A stretch of DNA of 62,087 bases, filler included, from Basidiobolus ranarum (Eukaryota): the NCBI GenBank assembly GCA_040143965.1. It is 25 parts of 25 records of this genome, joined end to end, with 100 filler letters (N's around TTAATTAATTAA, not from the genome) between each part and the next. Parts side by side here need not be neighbours in the genome. Positions count along the whole stretch, not along the records: positions 1 to 2,398 come from JASJQH010003382.1; positions 2,499 to 4,895 come from JASJQH010003383.1; positions 4,996 to 7,391 come from JASJQH010003384.1; positions 7,492 to 9,887 come from JASJQH010003385.1; positions 9,988 to 12,382 come from JASJQH010003386.1; 20 more parts are not named here. One strand, given 5' to 3'. Of this stretch, positions 1 to 12,482 are shown piece by piece. A program made the translations under genes and the position numbers. The notes below the pieces were generated by a model that did no database searches, was not told the DNA's origin, and saw only the letters and a program-made list of their open reading frames with translations. The stretch's first letter is position 1. Each line of letters starts with the position of its first letter.

Positions 1-2
1 AC

Positions 3-848
3 GCGCTGAGAAAGCGGGATGAACCATCAATCAATCAACTCTACGGTGTTTTCACTAGTGACATCTGTAGTGGTGCTGGAGGTGGGGTTAGACAAACTTA
101 CTGTCCACGCACTGGTAAAAAATACGCAGTTAAAAGCTTTCGTACCAAAAGACCTGATGAGAACGAACATTATTATTATGAGTGGATCAGTAATGAAGTC
201 TATATTGCCGCCTCTCTTTCGCATGAAAATGTCATCCAAACTATTGACGTAATCTTAGAGAACGATCAGATCCATGAAGTCATGGAATATTGCCCTCAAG
301 ATCTCTTCAACGTTATACAAGGAAACGAGTTGACGCAACAGGAGATTGATATTTACTTTAGTCAAATGATTAAAGGTCTAGCTTACTTACATCATCGTGG
401 GGTTGCTCATCGCGATCTCAAACTTGAGAACCTTTGTATTGACCAGAAAGGTATACTCAAGATTATCGACTTTGGATGTGCCTTCATCTTTCTGGACCCA
501 CTCAGCGAGGAGAATCGAGCCAAAGCCACTGGACTGATCGGCTCAGATCCGTATATTGCCCCAGAGGTCTTTAACGGCGAGCCATATGATGCAGCTAAGA
601 CTGACATCTGGTCTGCAGCCATTATCTATCTCTGCATGATCCTCAAGAAATTCCCTTGGGATGTCGCCAAGCCCTCCGAAAAAAACTACGCGCTATATTT
701 GGAATACCATAAAAATAACAAATCCTTCAGACGCATTCCTGACGTTGCACTGCCGTTGATGCGCCAGATGTTAGACCCCAACCCCGAAACTCGTATCAAT
801 GTGGACACCGTATTTGAGGATAGTTGGTTCAAGTCCCTTATTGCTTGA
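3..848 (+). CDS. Ser/Thr protein kinase, fungal HAL (Hal5/Sat4/Hrk1-like) family, 5'-truncated
   Basis: The frame of ORF 282..848 is open back to base 3, adding CSGAGGGV (Gly loop), YAVKSF and SNEVYIAASLSHENVI. It continues with HRDLKLENL, KIIDFG, GSDPYIAPE and DIWS. GAGG and GSDPY are typical of HAL kinases. Confidence 0.9.
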   Translation, partial: ALRKRDEPSINQLYGVFTSDICSGAGGGVRQTYCPRTGKKYAVKSFRTKRPDENEHYYYEWISNEVYIAASLSHENVIQTIDVILENDQIHEVMEYCPQDLFNVIQGNELTQQEIDIYFSQMIKGLAYLHHRGVAHRDLKLENLCIDQKGILKIIDFGCAFIFLDPLSEENRAKATGLIGSDPYIAPEVFNGEPYDAAKTDIWSAAIIYLCMILKKFPWDVAKPSEKNYALYLEYHKNNKSFRRIPDVALPLMRQMLDPNPETRINVDTVFEDSWFKSLIA

Positions 849-2121
849 GCTATCATCAGTAGCCAACTTTCAAAACGAGATGACCCTCTACACTCATCAT
901 CGAACGCCAAAAAGCACTTGTTTGTTTATTTAGCCCGAGGCTCTTGTCACATACTTCTCAATTTTGTAATAATACTCTTTACCGCTACATGGTGAAGCAC
1001 TTTCATTGATTCAGGCATGAATTGCTATATATATCCTAGAATAAAAACTGAATTAATCCTATCTCCAAAACACCTCATAATCCGTCGAGAAAACATGCTA
1101 GCTAAAATGAATCGAGACCGACTCATGAATCAACTAACATATGGCTTTGAACTTATGCAGCAGTGCTAAATAAGGGGTGCTTACTCTGTAAACTTAGATT
1201 ATCCCCCTCCCCGACAAGCAGAAGACCTGCTCATAGTTTAAATTCGCTTCACTAGATACCTATTGCTTGCGAAGCTTCGTTCAATCCATTAGAGATTAGC
1301 TATGGATGACCACCTGCATAAGACTTGGCTAATACCAAGTTTGGCTACGGAATTAGTCATGAGCTTGGCACTTTCATTTCCCCATTTATCTCGTTGGATT
1401 TATTGGTGTATCAGTCATAGACAGGATTGGAAGTAATAAACCCACTCTCACCTTATTTCACTGGAATTACTAAATAAAGAATTGGCAGCTTCTGGTAGTT
1501 TCAGAAGAGCGATCTTTAAAAGATACTACTGACCTCATGAAAAATAGTGGCAGGCAGAGGCCGCCAAATGATTGCCTAATAATACATTCCATTTTAGTGC
1601 TATCGCCTTTTCGATTTGAAGAAGTGCAGGAATGGTTGGTAAGTACCTGAATTGAGATTCATGTTTGAGTGTTATTGGTGAGAATATACTTTTATATGAA
1701 TGAATGTGAGATTACCCAAACTTCATGATCGATATCCCTGATTAGATTCTAAGGCGCAACTAAACTTATTCGTGAGGCTAATCATGCAACCGCTGACCAG
1801 CTGGGTCTTAGTAGGGTCAAAGTGAAAATTTGCCTATAGGCTTACTACTAAATGGTGATCTTTACCTACTGAAATTGAAAGATAAAACCAAGAATGCAGC
1901 TTTCATAAAGCTCTATTAGTATGCAATGGATCTCAATTTGAAGAATCACTCGTCGGAATTTAAAATATCCATTGAACTTAGTCGCATGTTATTGGGATGA
2001 TAGTGTATTAGGAAAAAAAATTCCTTGTTCAATCTTTAGATAGCTTGAATTAGAGCCACAATTTCGTTCATGGATGGGTGACTGTCAAGGTAGCAGTGAT
2101 AAAGAAAGTAAATGAACAGAT

Positions 2122-2398
2122 TGTTGAAATTAGCACTGCCTAAGCACCTATATAGTCATATACAGCTTAGTATTTGGTTATCTTATATATTAGAGGAATT
2201 TACTTGGACTATTGATGCAAACTTTGAAGTTTGACAATATATAGATTTTTTCAAACTGATGCTAGTGTTGAAATAAGCATTGCCTAAGCACCTATATAGT
2301 CATATATAGCTTAGTACTTAGTTATCTTAAAATTTACTAAGATATTCTCCATTATTCTCATAAGGAATTTACTTAGAAGTTTGAAGATATATAGATTT
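2122..2398 (+). mobile_element. Two partial Copia family-A LTRs
   Basis: The LTR start TGTTGAAAT(T/A)AGCA(C/T)TGCCTAAGCACCTATATAGTC occurs at 2122 and 2266. The same LTR occurs at 2901, 3172, 41408, 42092, 57233 and 58704 (minus). Confidence 0.85.
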
Positions 2399-2498
2399 NN
2401 NNNNNNNNNNNNNNNNNNNNNNNNNNNNNNNNNNNNNNNNNNTTAATTAATTAANNNNNNNNNNNNNNNNNNNNNNNNNNNNNNNNNNNNNNNNNNNN
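2399..2498. other. Artificial contig spacer (first of 24)
   Basis: N44-TTAATTAATTAA-N44 gives stops in all six frames. Identical 100-bp spacers start at 2399, 4896, 7392, 9888, 12383, 14878, 17372, 19865, 22357, 24848, 27337, 29823, 32309, 34795, 37280, 39765, 42250, 44733, 47215, 49696, 52176, 54655, 57133 and 59611. Contigs are size-sorted. Confidence 0.99.
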
Positions 2499-2900
2499 CA
2501 TTCATGGAAATCTTCCCCATTGAATGTTGGAATATTAGTAATCTCCTTTTGGGAAGAAGACTCTAATTCACTCGCTGCTACCATGTTGGAGGATCTTGAC
2601 ATAATGGGGGTAGACTTTGAGTATTAGAAGCAACTTATGATAGTGTGTTTTAGTTAGTTTATTTTTAAGAGTATATGGTGACTTATATAGTAGAAAAGTA
2701 AATCAATTGTTTGAGATATTCAGGAGTTTGTGTAATAAGATATAATAGATAAGTGGGGGTAATAAGACATACTTGGTATATAGATATAGAGATATTCCTA
2801 TTTAGAATATAGGGGCTATAGATACGTTGCTTTCTGTTTCTGATATATGTATCATAACTAAAGTTAACTATGATGTTGAATAAAGATTAATTATCCAACA
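2499..2900 (-). mobile_element. Copia family-C 5' LTR (2584..2900), PBS and gag start
   Basis: 317-bp LTR bounded by TGTTGGA..TCCAACA. On the minus strand it is followed directly by TGGTAGCAGCGAG (2571..2583, tRNA 3'-end PBS) and ITNIPTFNGEDFHE, a Copia gag N-terminus. Confidence 0.8.
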
Positions 2901-4895
2901 AAATTAGCATTTCCTAAGCACCTATATAGTCATATATAGCTTAGTACTTAGTTATCTTATATTGACTAAGATATTATCCATTATTATCAATTGGAATTTA
3001 CTTTAAATATTTTTACCAACTTAGAATTTTTCAGATATATAGATTTTTGAACTTGTGCTAGAAGCCCCAAATTTTGCACACATGCTCCTGGGACCTTTCT
3101 TAGCAAATTCAACATGTCAATTTGCTGACATCTTGACAAAACTACAAATATCAACCTTCTACTCAATATATTGTTGAAATTAGCATTGTCTAAGCATCTA
3201 TGTAGTCATATATAGCTTAGTACACATATTTCACTCAGATATTATCCATGATTCTTGATTGGAATTTACTTAGAATATCTTACCAATTTAGAAGTTCTCA
3301 GAAATAGAGATTTTTTCAAACTTGTACTTGAGGCCCCAAACTTTGCACATATGTTCCTGGGACCTTCTTTTACACATTCTACACATTAGTTTGCTTACAT
3401 CTTGACAAAAATATAAATGTCAAAACTATAAATGTCAACTTTCTACTCAATAAATCAACAAGTGAAAACCACCAATTCCTCTAATTCTCCAAATCACTTC
3501 CAACAGGCTCCCAAATACTTTAACATATATCAATAAGTGAGAACCACCAATTTCTCTAATTCTCCAAACAACTTCCATCAGGCTCACAGATACTTTAACC
3601 AGCTATGAGCCCTCAGCTTGTACTCTCTGTAATATTCACTTCTCAAATTTATAGTACTTTTCCCCTTCTGAGAAATTGATGGAATCAATTATCAAATTTG
3701 GAATATTGAAATGAAAATTCTGCTGCAAGAAAAAGGACTTTTGGACACTTTTGTGGGAGAAGAAAAAATGTCAAACTCTCTGAAACTGAAGTTTCACTTC
3801 CAGTTAAAAAACAACAAAGTGCCTTTAACACAATTTGTTTTAATGTTAAGGACAAATGGCTAGTTCAATGTTCAAGAGCTAAAACTCCCAAGAAGGTATG
3901 GAAAGCCTTAAAGGACATCTACCAAACATGTTTGGCTGCCAACAAGATGTTTCTAACAAGATAATTCTTTAACTTAAACATGAGGCCAGGAGAAGACATT
4001 AAATCACTAATCAATAGAGTCACTATTTTAGTGGATGAAATGGAATGCATTGGAGGACCTACTATTGATCAAGATATCACTGTAAAGGTCCTGAATAGCC
4101 TGCCACACAAGTTTCAGAGCCTGGTAAAGGCTGCAGGATCAAGAACCAAAAATTTGACCTTAAAATATATATTTGACAGACTTTTCAATGAAGATTTAAA
4201 CAAATTGGGTTTCAACAAAAAGAACAAAGAAAATACTTTAATAGGCTATGGAAAACCTTCCTATAAAGGTTAAAAGCACTTTATGAAGAAAATATTGCAT
4301 TCTGCAATTACTGTGAAAGAACTGGCCATTTAAGCAAAGATTGCTTTAAAAGAATTGCAAAAGAAGAAAAACATACTGAAACTGTAATGTGGTCATAGCA
4401 GAAGAATACTTGTTCATATCTGCTCCATCCATGACTAACAACAAGGATTCCCCAACATGGAACATGCATTCTGGATCCTCCCAACAATTCACAAATCAAA
4501 AACATTGGTTTATGGAATATGAAGAAATCCAAATTAGAAAGGGTTTCTTGGGAGATGACCACACATTGGATGCCATTGGAATAGGAACAATTCAAGTCAA
4601 TTTAACTGGAGCTTCTGAGGAGAGAGTGCATACTTTCAAGGATTTACTGCATGTTCCAGATATTGCCAAGAATTTAATATCTGTAGGCAAGGCCACCTTA
4701 GAAGAGCTAAAATTCAATTTTGATAAGTCAGGATGCACCATCACCAATCAAAATGGGAATTATTTAGCTTTGGGAGAAAAGGATCAGAACTTATAAAAAC
4801 TTGCATATAATCCAGGAGGTTTATGTAAAAATATAAGTAATTCCAATTCAAAAACTATCCAATTATGGCACAAGAGATTTGGTCATATTGGGTTT
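2901..4895 (+). mobile_element. Degenerate Copia family-A element: 5' LTR with nested solo LTR (3172..3525), gag, protease, pre-integrase
   Basis: The solo LTR is flanked by the 5-bp TSD TATAT. A decayed PBS AGCTATGAGCCC lies at 3601. Gag (VLNSLPHKF), a CCHC knuckle, protease (WNMHSGSSQQF) and LWHKRFGH follow, with many stops and frameshifts. Confidence 0.9.
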
Positions 4896-4995
4896 NNNNN
4901 NNNNNNNNNNNNNNNNNNNNNNNNNNNNNNNNNNNNNNNTTAATTAATTAANNNNNNNNNNNNNNNNNNNNNNNNNNNNNNNNNNNNNNNNNNNN

Positions 4996-7391
4996 GCCAA
5001 ATTTGAGGATCAATATTTTAACATGTATGAATACCGTTAAGATACTGTCAAGAAACCGCCGTCACACCATCAAAATCCCTGGCAGAATGCAAGCCAGCAA
5101 TATTGTTACGGTTCTCTGACGGTTTTGCTAATTTGGAGGGTGGATTCGATCCAGATCAAATCAATCTTATTTTTGTTAGGGAATTGTTTGTCAACTTCAA
5201 AATCCCTAGTTTCCTTAATATATTCTCTGGTATATATTTAAAGAGTTCTTCATACCCAAGTTTAACTCATATCCAACACAAGTTTGTTTCAAAATCTCTA
5301 TCAAAGCCTGCATTGTATCAACATTAATGAATCAACATTCTTCCAGCTATCTGGCAGATACCTTGTGATTTTGTGCCACTTTTTATCAAGTTATTCCAGA
5401 TATCTGCTTGGTCAATGCCAGACAAATGTCAAGTTGAATGTTCCTGTTCTGAAGCCACTTTCTGCAAAATTACACTGCATTTTTCTCTTCAGACTTTTGA
5501 AAATACTCCTGAAGCACTTTGACTATTTTGATACATCATTGTAGTGTGACACTATTGTGGGTCCTTTGCAGAGTTTGTGTGACCTCTTGCTTGCCTTAAA
5601 GCCTGGGGCTAATTTTAACATTTTGAAGAGTACTAGTTCAGGTTGGACTGCAACGATTTTTATTTGCTGGGATTATGGCTTGTTCCCAGGTGCCAGGTGT
5701 TGGATAAACTTCCAAATTTAGCACTCTTCCAGCTGGTGTACCTGGTTCCATTGTAAAATTAAGGATTTTGGCAACTATATCTGAGTCTGGAAATGCAGTT
5801 CTTTGTAATTATGGGAAGATTTTGGTCAGTGGGACAGTTAAGCCTACACTGTCTGGCACCTTTGCTTTTCCACTGGGTTTACTAACTTCCTGCTGCTTGA
5901 GTATTGCTTTAGCTGCTTTTCTTTGTCTTTCAAGTCAAAAATTATGTACATTTTTGAAATGTTTTATCAATAGGCCAATACTAGCATAATTGCCAGCTGC
6001 TTGCAAAAATCCAGGATAAGAAACTTAAAATAAGTCAAGAACCTTTGGAATAATACCTGGTTTTTGATTTTTCCACAATTAGCTCCAATTGAGGTGATTT
6101 TGGGCAAGATTCCACACAGTTTCCAAAATGTTTAACCACTCATCATCAGTGGAAGTGATGGCTGCTCTGATATTCAGAGTTTTTTGGTTTGCCAGTTTTC
6201 CTATGAGATTTTGACTTACTTGTGCCCAAGCAACTTCTGATGTTGTGTAATCTTAATGGTCCATCACATATTCTGCTTTGCAAGTTTGTCATGGTGATAT
6301 TCATATGTATGGTGTGAGATTGATTGAAATCATGTACAAGAATGGACAGAGGAAGCAGCGTGTTGTTGTAACTCAAGTACAGCATCCTGGAGATCTTGTG
6401 TCAATCCCAAATAATTCTCTAACAGTTGACTAGTTGCTTCAGAGTGCTGCATTAATCATGATATTGTGGTGTCATTGCTTGTTATGGCCTGTATAGCAAC
6501 TTTGTAGCTTTAACTTATGATTGCACACAAATCATTAGGGTGTTCTGTGTGAATACCCTGGTTGCAATAATTCTATTCAATTTTTCTATGAAGGATTACT
6601 TAATAGTTAGCAAAGTAGCCATATTTGTAGTTGATGGTTGTAATGGTGTTTTGGTTGAACTTTGCTCATATATTGATCTACTATATAATTGGGGGTTTAC
6701 AATCTCTTCACTGGCACTATCACTAGAAAGTAGCACATCTGGAAATTAATTAATGCTTCATCATAACTTGAGTTAGTTTGTGGCATGTTAATGCCTTCCA
6801 AAGTGGATAGTGTATCACTAAACTGCTCATCAATTTAGTCCTCTGTTCTAGCTTTTTCTTTTCTTTTGTGCCAGCAGGCTTTTGCTTGGAAGCTGATTTT
6901 GATTTACATTTTAAACACCTTTTAAATGGTATTATTTTTAGATGGTGGACTTGATGTAATGAAATTGCTTAGAAACAGCGTATAGTAAACTAAAATTGCC
7001 ATCTGTTACTGGAGATATTGACTAAATACCCTGATAACTCATCTGTGACACTATCTCAGAATCAGCTAATGATATTGATGGGCTTTACATTAAATACCAC
7101 CCTTACCTAGGAGATGTTCATTTTTCTGCAATATCCTTATTATGCTGCAATACAAACATCTAAAGAAGCCCCACTATTAATGTCGCAAATTCCTATGCTA
7201 TGAATGTCAGATACTTCATAGAAAAAATAATCTTAGGTGCAGTCACTGTACCAAGCCACCAGCTGCACAAAAACCCTGGTGTAAAACAACAGTTATAAGT
7301 TCACAAAATCAACTTTAGTTTTGCCCATTGACTCCACTGACTGTAGTCTGCCTCAAAGTTTTAGTAACACTGCCAAAAGTCAAGATACCAT
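4996..7391 (+). mobile_element. CMC/EnSpm-like DNA transposon: right end (4996..5181) inserted into another copy (ORF2 and transposase 5' part)
   Basis: The terminus TTTTTGTTAGGG ends at 5181. The rest is homologous to 9000-9887 and 29923-31390. Confidence 0.85.
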
Positions 7392-7491
7392 NNNNNNNNN
7401 NNNNNNNNNNNNNNNNNNNNNNNNNNNNNNNNNNNTTAATTAATTAANNNNNNNNNNNNNNNNNNNNNNNNNNNNNNNNNNNNNNNNNNNN

Positions 7492-8315
7492 AACTATATC
7501 GGATAATATTCATTATTAATAAGGGGGGGCTAAATTGATTGTTGCCATATTTCGAGGGGCTCCCCAATCAATAGTTTTTCTGGATAAAAAGCTATATACA
7601 ATTGTAAGCTCAAAGCCAACTGCTGAAGGAATCTTAGTGCTGTTAAGAAATAACACCAAGAAGAAGTTTGAACCCCTTGGGCAGAACCATTGAAAGTTAT
7701 TAGAGAATGCCCATTCCCCACATATCAGCTGGTAGATAAAGAAGGAGTTACCAAAAAAGATTTAGTCCTTTGGGACAGACTAAAGGTTGGCAGATTTCAT
7801 AAATATGTTCCACCAGCCAAATATTGGTACTGTAAGAAGAAAGACTCCAGAGACACTTCTCATTCTTAATGAGGGAGAATGTTAAGATTTGCCAAACATG
7901 GCAGCTTAAGTATTACTTAAGTTATGCAACAATCAGGATTATCATTATGAGAACTATTGGTATAACAGTTTTATCACCTGATCAGTAAAATCAGTACTAT
8001 CAGTTATCAAATATCTATATTTCAATCTGTATTAGTCTGCTGTCATATGATGTTCCAGCAATTGGTCATAGTAGGTGGCATAATAGTCTTGTGATCATAT
8101 TCCAAGAAAGGTAAGAAAGGTAAAATGGTCTTCACCCCTCCCTTATACTAGGTTGCATGAGCATCTTGGCTATCCTACCCCAACATGCAGCAGCTGACTA
8201 TGGTACCACCCCAGGATGTCTCAACCCATTATTGTGCAACCCCATTATGCTGTAGCTAGATTCTGATATAGCAATTAGTAATCAGCAAATGAATCATTAC
8301 ACATCTTATATAACA
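7492..8315 (+). mobile_element. Ty3/Gypsy integrase tail, PPT and 3' LTR (7880..8315)
   Basis: PWAEPLKVIRECPFPTYQL..LVLWDRLKV resembles an integrase C-terminus. The purine tract GAGGGAGAA is followed by TGTTA..TAACA. Confidence 0.65.
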
Positions 8316-8780
8316 GTATTTCTTAGCTACTTGAGAATAATGACAATTGAACTGTTCTGATATTACTTGCTGGATATTGGAGCTCTGTTCCAAGTAAAAT
8401 TTAATCAACATTACTGAAAAACAGCCATGAAATCTATCATCTCAAAATGCTCAAAGAGTTCCACCTTTGTAGCTTTTTGTTTATTCAGGTTTATTGATAT
8501 TGGGATTAAAGCATTGATATACAAGCAATGATCTAGCTATAGTCTTGTGTGAACAAGGTATAGATACTTTGATCAGCTCTGCTATGTAAGTAAGCCAAGA
8601 ATTGTCCTTTCCCATACATATTGCTTAGTTTTGGTTCTCACTTTGTTAATACCAAGTTTTCAAGCCTACATATATTGCAAGTACAAGTCCTTGTACTCCT
8701 TTTCACAAGAGTACAGGACACTTGATGTATTTAACATAGGTCTTCTAAAAACAAATTTTGAAATATTTTCAGTCTATATT

Positions 8781-9887
8781 CCCTAACAGAAATTAGAGAA
8801 TTGTCATTGTGGGAGAACCATCACAACTTTAATCCATTTTAGATTGACTATTTACTTACTGCCATATAATCATCAAGTTAGATTGATTTTAATCAATTTT
8901 TTCAGTTTTGGGAGTGAAATTTCAAGTTCTCACAAGATAGTTTCACATGATTGGCTACAATCTTGGATAATTATGCATAAAATTTTACACATTTACTACT
9001 TGTATGTTATTCTCTCACCTTCAAAATCTCTAATTACCTTCATAAATATTTTTCTCAATATTTTTATAAAGTTCTTCATACATAATATTTAGCTCATATC
9101 CAACACAAGTTTGTATAAATATCTCTATCAAAGCACACCATTGTATTACCATTGCTGAATCAACATTCTTCCAGTAATCTAGCAGATATGTCACAATATT
9201 GTGTGACTCTGTGTTAAGTTCTTCCCAGATATCTGTGCAGTCTACACCAGATGGAATGTAAAGTTGAATTTTCTCCTGAAGCCACCTTCTGCATACTTCA
9301 ACTGCATTTTTCTCTTCACACTTCTGAAAACACTCCTCAAGCACTTTGACTATTTTTGTACATCCTTAGAGTGTGACACTACTGAGGGTGCTTTGCAGTG
9401 TTTGTGTGGCTTGTTGCTTGTCTTCAAGTTTGGGCCTAATTTCAACACTTTGAAAAGTACCAGTTGAGGTTGGAGAGCCATGAGTTTTATTTGCTGGTGT
9501 TTTGGCTTGTTGAGAGGTGCCCAGTGTTGGATAAATTTCAAAATTTAGCACTCTTCCAACTAGTGTACCAGGTTCTGTGGTGAAGTTAATCTTTTTTGCT
9601 AGTATACCTGACTCTGGAAATGCAGATCTTTGTAATGATGTGAAGAATTTGGTCAATGGGACAGTAGAGCCTAAATTCACTGGCTGCTTTCTGCTTCCCT
9701 TGGGTTTACTAACTTCCTGCTCCTTTAGTACTTCTTTAGCTGCATTTCTTTCTTTTCCAAGTTGATAATTGCATACATTTTTGAGATGTTTTATGAATAG
9801 GCCTATACTAGCCCAATTGCCATATGATTGCAAAAACCCAGGATTAGCCACATCAAATAAGTAAAGAACCTTTAGAGCAATGCCTGG
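8781..9887 (+). mobile_element. CMC/EnSpm-like transposon left end with the 3' part of ORF2 (minus strand)
   Basis: Starts CCCTAACAGAAAT. ORFs 9030..9344 and 9366..9851 are frameshifted pieces of ORF2. Homologous to the copies at 33979 and 56478. Confidence 0.85.
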
Positions 9888-9987
9888 NNNNNNNNNNNNN
9901 NNNNNNNNNNNNNNNNNNNNNNNNNNNNNNNTTAATTAATTAANNNNNNNNNNNNNNNNNNNNNNNNNNNNNNNNNNNNNNNNNNNN

Positions 9988-10437
9988 GTTCCAGTTGCTG
10001 GTGTACACGCTTCCATCATTGTTTATACGCTCTACAACCGCGACATGACCTGTTGATCCACAGCCTTGATAGCCTGGCTGAATGACAATGATGGAGGGAA
10101 CTCGTGGTTGACTAGAGACAACCCATCCATTGACATTTCGGGCACTGTTGGGCCAGGTGCGAGCATCACCCCACCACTCCGTATGCTGGCAGGTGAGCTC
10201 ATAGTAACGGGCATCAGCCCAGTCTGTACATTGGCCATTGTTGAAGCGGAAACTGCGAGAGCAAGATGCCAGTACGCTGATATTAGCGAGTTTACTAGAT
10301 GCACCAGTTACCTCAGTTTGGTTTGAGGAACTAGGAGCTGCGACTGCATTGTGAGTTGGTAAGGCCTCAACGGAAGAGGCTATGAAAGTGGCGGCTGCGA
10401 GGAACACACAAGATAAAGCGGATGTAAGATTGACCAT
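9988..10437 (-). CDS. Secreted CHAP-domain cysteine amidase/peptidase, copy 1 (3' end cut by contig edge)
   Basis: Signal peptide (MVNLTSALSCVFLAAATFIASSVEA), Ser/Ala linker, then GQCTDWA, WWGDARTW, GHVAVVE and SNWN. No intron. About 179 aa when completed with the copy-2 tail. Confidence 0.9.
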
Positions 10438-12169
10438 GATGATGTTTAATAGTACGTTTCTAATAGTAATCTAGTACTGGTTTTTAATTGAAGTTCGACT
10501 CTCATTTTTATACTTTTTTCTTGCTTCCCTTCCCCACGTGTGTTGGCTATCGTTCCACATGATTTCCAGATCCCAATCCACCATTTTCCATTTTGAAAGA
10601 TGCACTGACTTCGAGATCCATAAGCGTATACTTCTATGGTTACCAATACTCTACGCTCCATTTATTGACAAATATTTTAGCGAATCAAGATTCAATCCGT
10701 TGTGGCTTTGAGAGGCGATTAGCGGAAGCATAGGTTGCGTTCAAATGTAAACCAATTATGTTAGCGATGAATAGATTAGTCCAATAAATTTAAAGCATGG
10801 TAGTATTGTTAGTAGCTGATTCTAAATAAAGGTTATAGCCATTACTACTTTCTATTGTCTACTTCCCAAGCCTAGAATAAGTCACATGGATGCGTAACTA
10901 ATACTGGTCAACGTTTGTAAATTATACTGATTATAGTAAGGTTGAAAAGATGGCTATTCAATCTAAGCTTATTCAACTGTTTGAAAACAGAAAGGAACTT
11001 TATTGGTGATGGGGTTTTGAAGAATACTACAATCCTTTTTTCGAGATTTGGTCCGCAAGTTAAAATTTGGAATATTTCTACAAGGAACATTTCTACATAC
11101 AGATCATATACTGTAAGATAATTATATCTATACGTACATTGTAAACTAATTTATGTAGACAAATTCAGTTGTATAACGAGGCCAAAATAGTGCCACTACT
11201 ATTGATGTTAAAATCCCATAGGAAATGGTTCGAATTATAGCTCACTCTTGGAAACTACGCTGCCGGTGTACACACTCCGGCTAATGTTTATGCGTTTTAC
11301 AGCGATGGTATAACTAATCGATATTGTTTTATAGTCAAGTTCAATAAATCACATAATTGGCTTGCGAGTGTCCATTATAAATGTGCAATATTGGACTATA
11401 TTTGATAATCACTCCACTACTCAGTATGCGGATAGGTACGATCATGGTAACAATGATTTGCTAATTGCTCAGTAGTAAAGTGAAACATACGAGAACAAGA
11501 CGAAGATTAACTATTGCAAGAAAACATGTCATTGGTGCCAATTATATCGGTTCGCTTCAATAATCTGGAAGTTGTAATTCCATGGTGATTCTGCAAAGCA
11601 CATACTGATGCTAATGAGTTCACTCAGCCTATACACGTTTAGGTCCCGATCCACCTGGTCAGATTGTACTAAAAAAATTGAACTCAATTCAACAAATAAG
11701 GAATTATTAATTAATCCAAAATTACTTGTTTATGAACTAAAAGTTTGTAAAATTTAATGAGGGAATTGGCATGCAGGCTGGCCAATACAAATCTCCGATC
11801 TTTGATCCATTAACCTGGGTCATTCTATGGAGTATTTAAGATATACTTGATTTGTACACTTGTGACCAAATATAGAAATAGCCACATTGGATTGCCTCCG
11901 CATATGCGATTAGCGATCAATCCGGCTAGATCTGATCACAAATTTAATGAATCTCAATAGGATTCAAGAAACTTAGCTTGTTTGATTTCGATCAAGTACA
12001 TTTACTCTTCTACAAGTATATACAAAAGTAGAAGAGTGAGCTGGTATCTGGAAGTACATTTAGAACATTGTAAGAATAGATTACACTTGATTCGATGATG
12101 ATATTTTGATATACGAATGAAATTTATTATTTGTATATTGTAGAGTTTCTTTCCAGGCCAACCATTAAT

Positions 12170-12382
12170 CTATTTATGCCAAAGGAAGGATACACCACTG
12201 CCAGTATTGAAGTTTCCATAAGATGTAGAATAGACTCCACCTTGTCCGTTGAACTTGTAGTTCCAGTTGCTGGTGTACACGCTTCCATCATTGTTTATAC
12301 GCTCTACAACCGCGACATGACCTGTTGACCACAGCCTTGATAGCCTGGCTGAATGACAATGATGGAGGGGACTCGTGGTTGA
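12170..12382 (-). pseudogene. CHAP gene copy 2, 3' end (tandem duplicate with a 1-bp deletion)
   Basis: 12260..12382 matches 9988..10111 apart from one substitution and one missing base just before GHVAVVE. It continues NWNYKFNGQGGVYSTSYGNFNTGSGVSFLWHK* (stop 12170..12172). The indel could be a contig-end error. Confidence 0.75.
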
Positions 12383-12482
12383 NNNNNNNNNNNNNNNNNN
12401 NNNNNNNNNNNNNNNNNNNNNNNNNNTTAATTAATTAANNNNNNNNNNNNNNNNNNNNNNNNNNNNNNNNNNNNNNNNNNNN

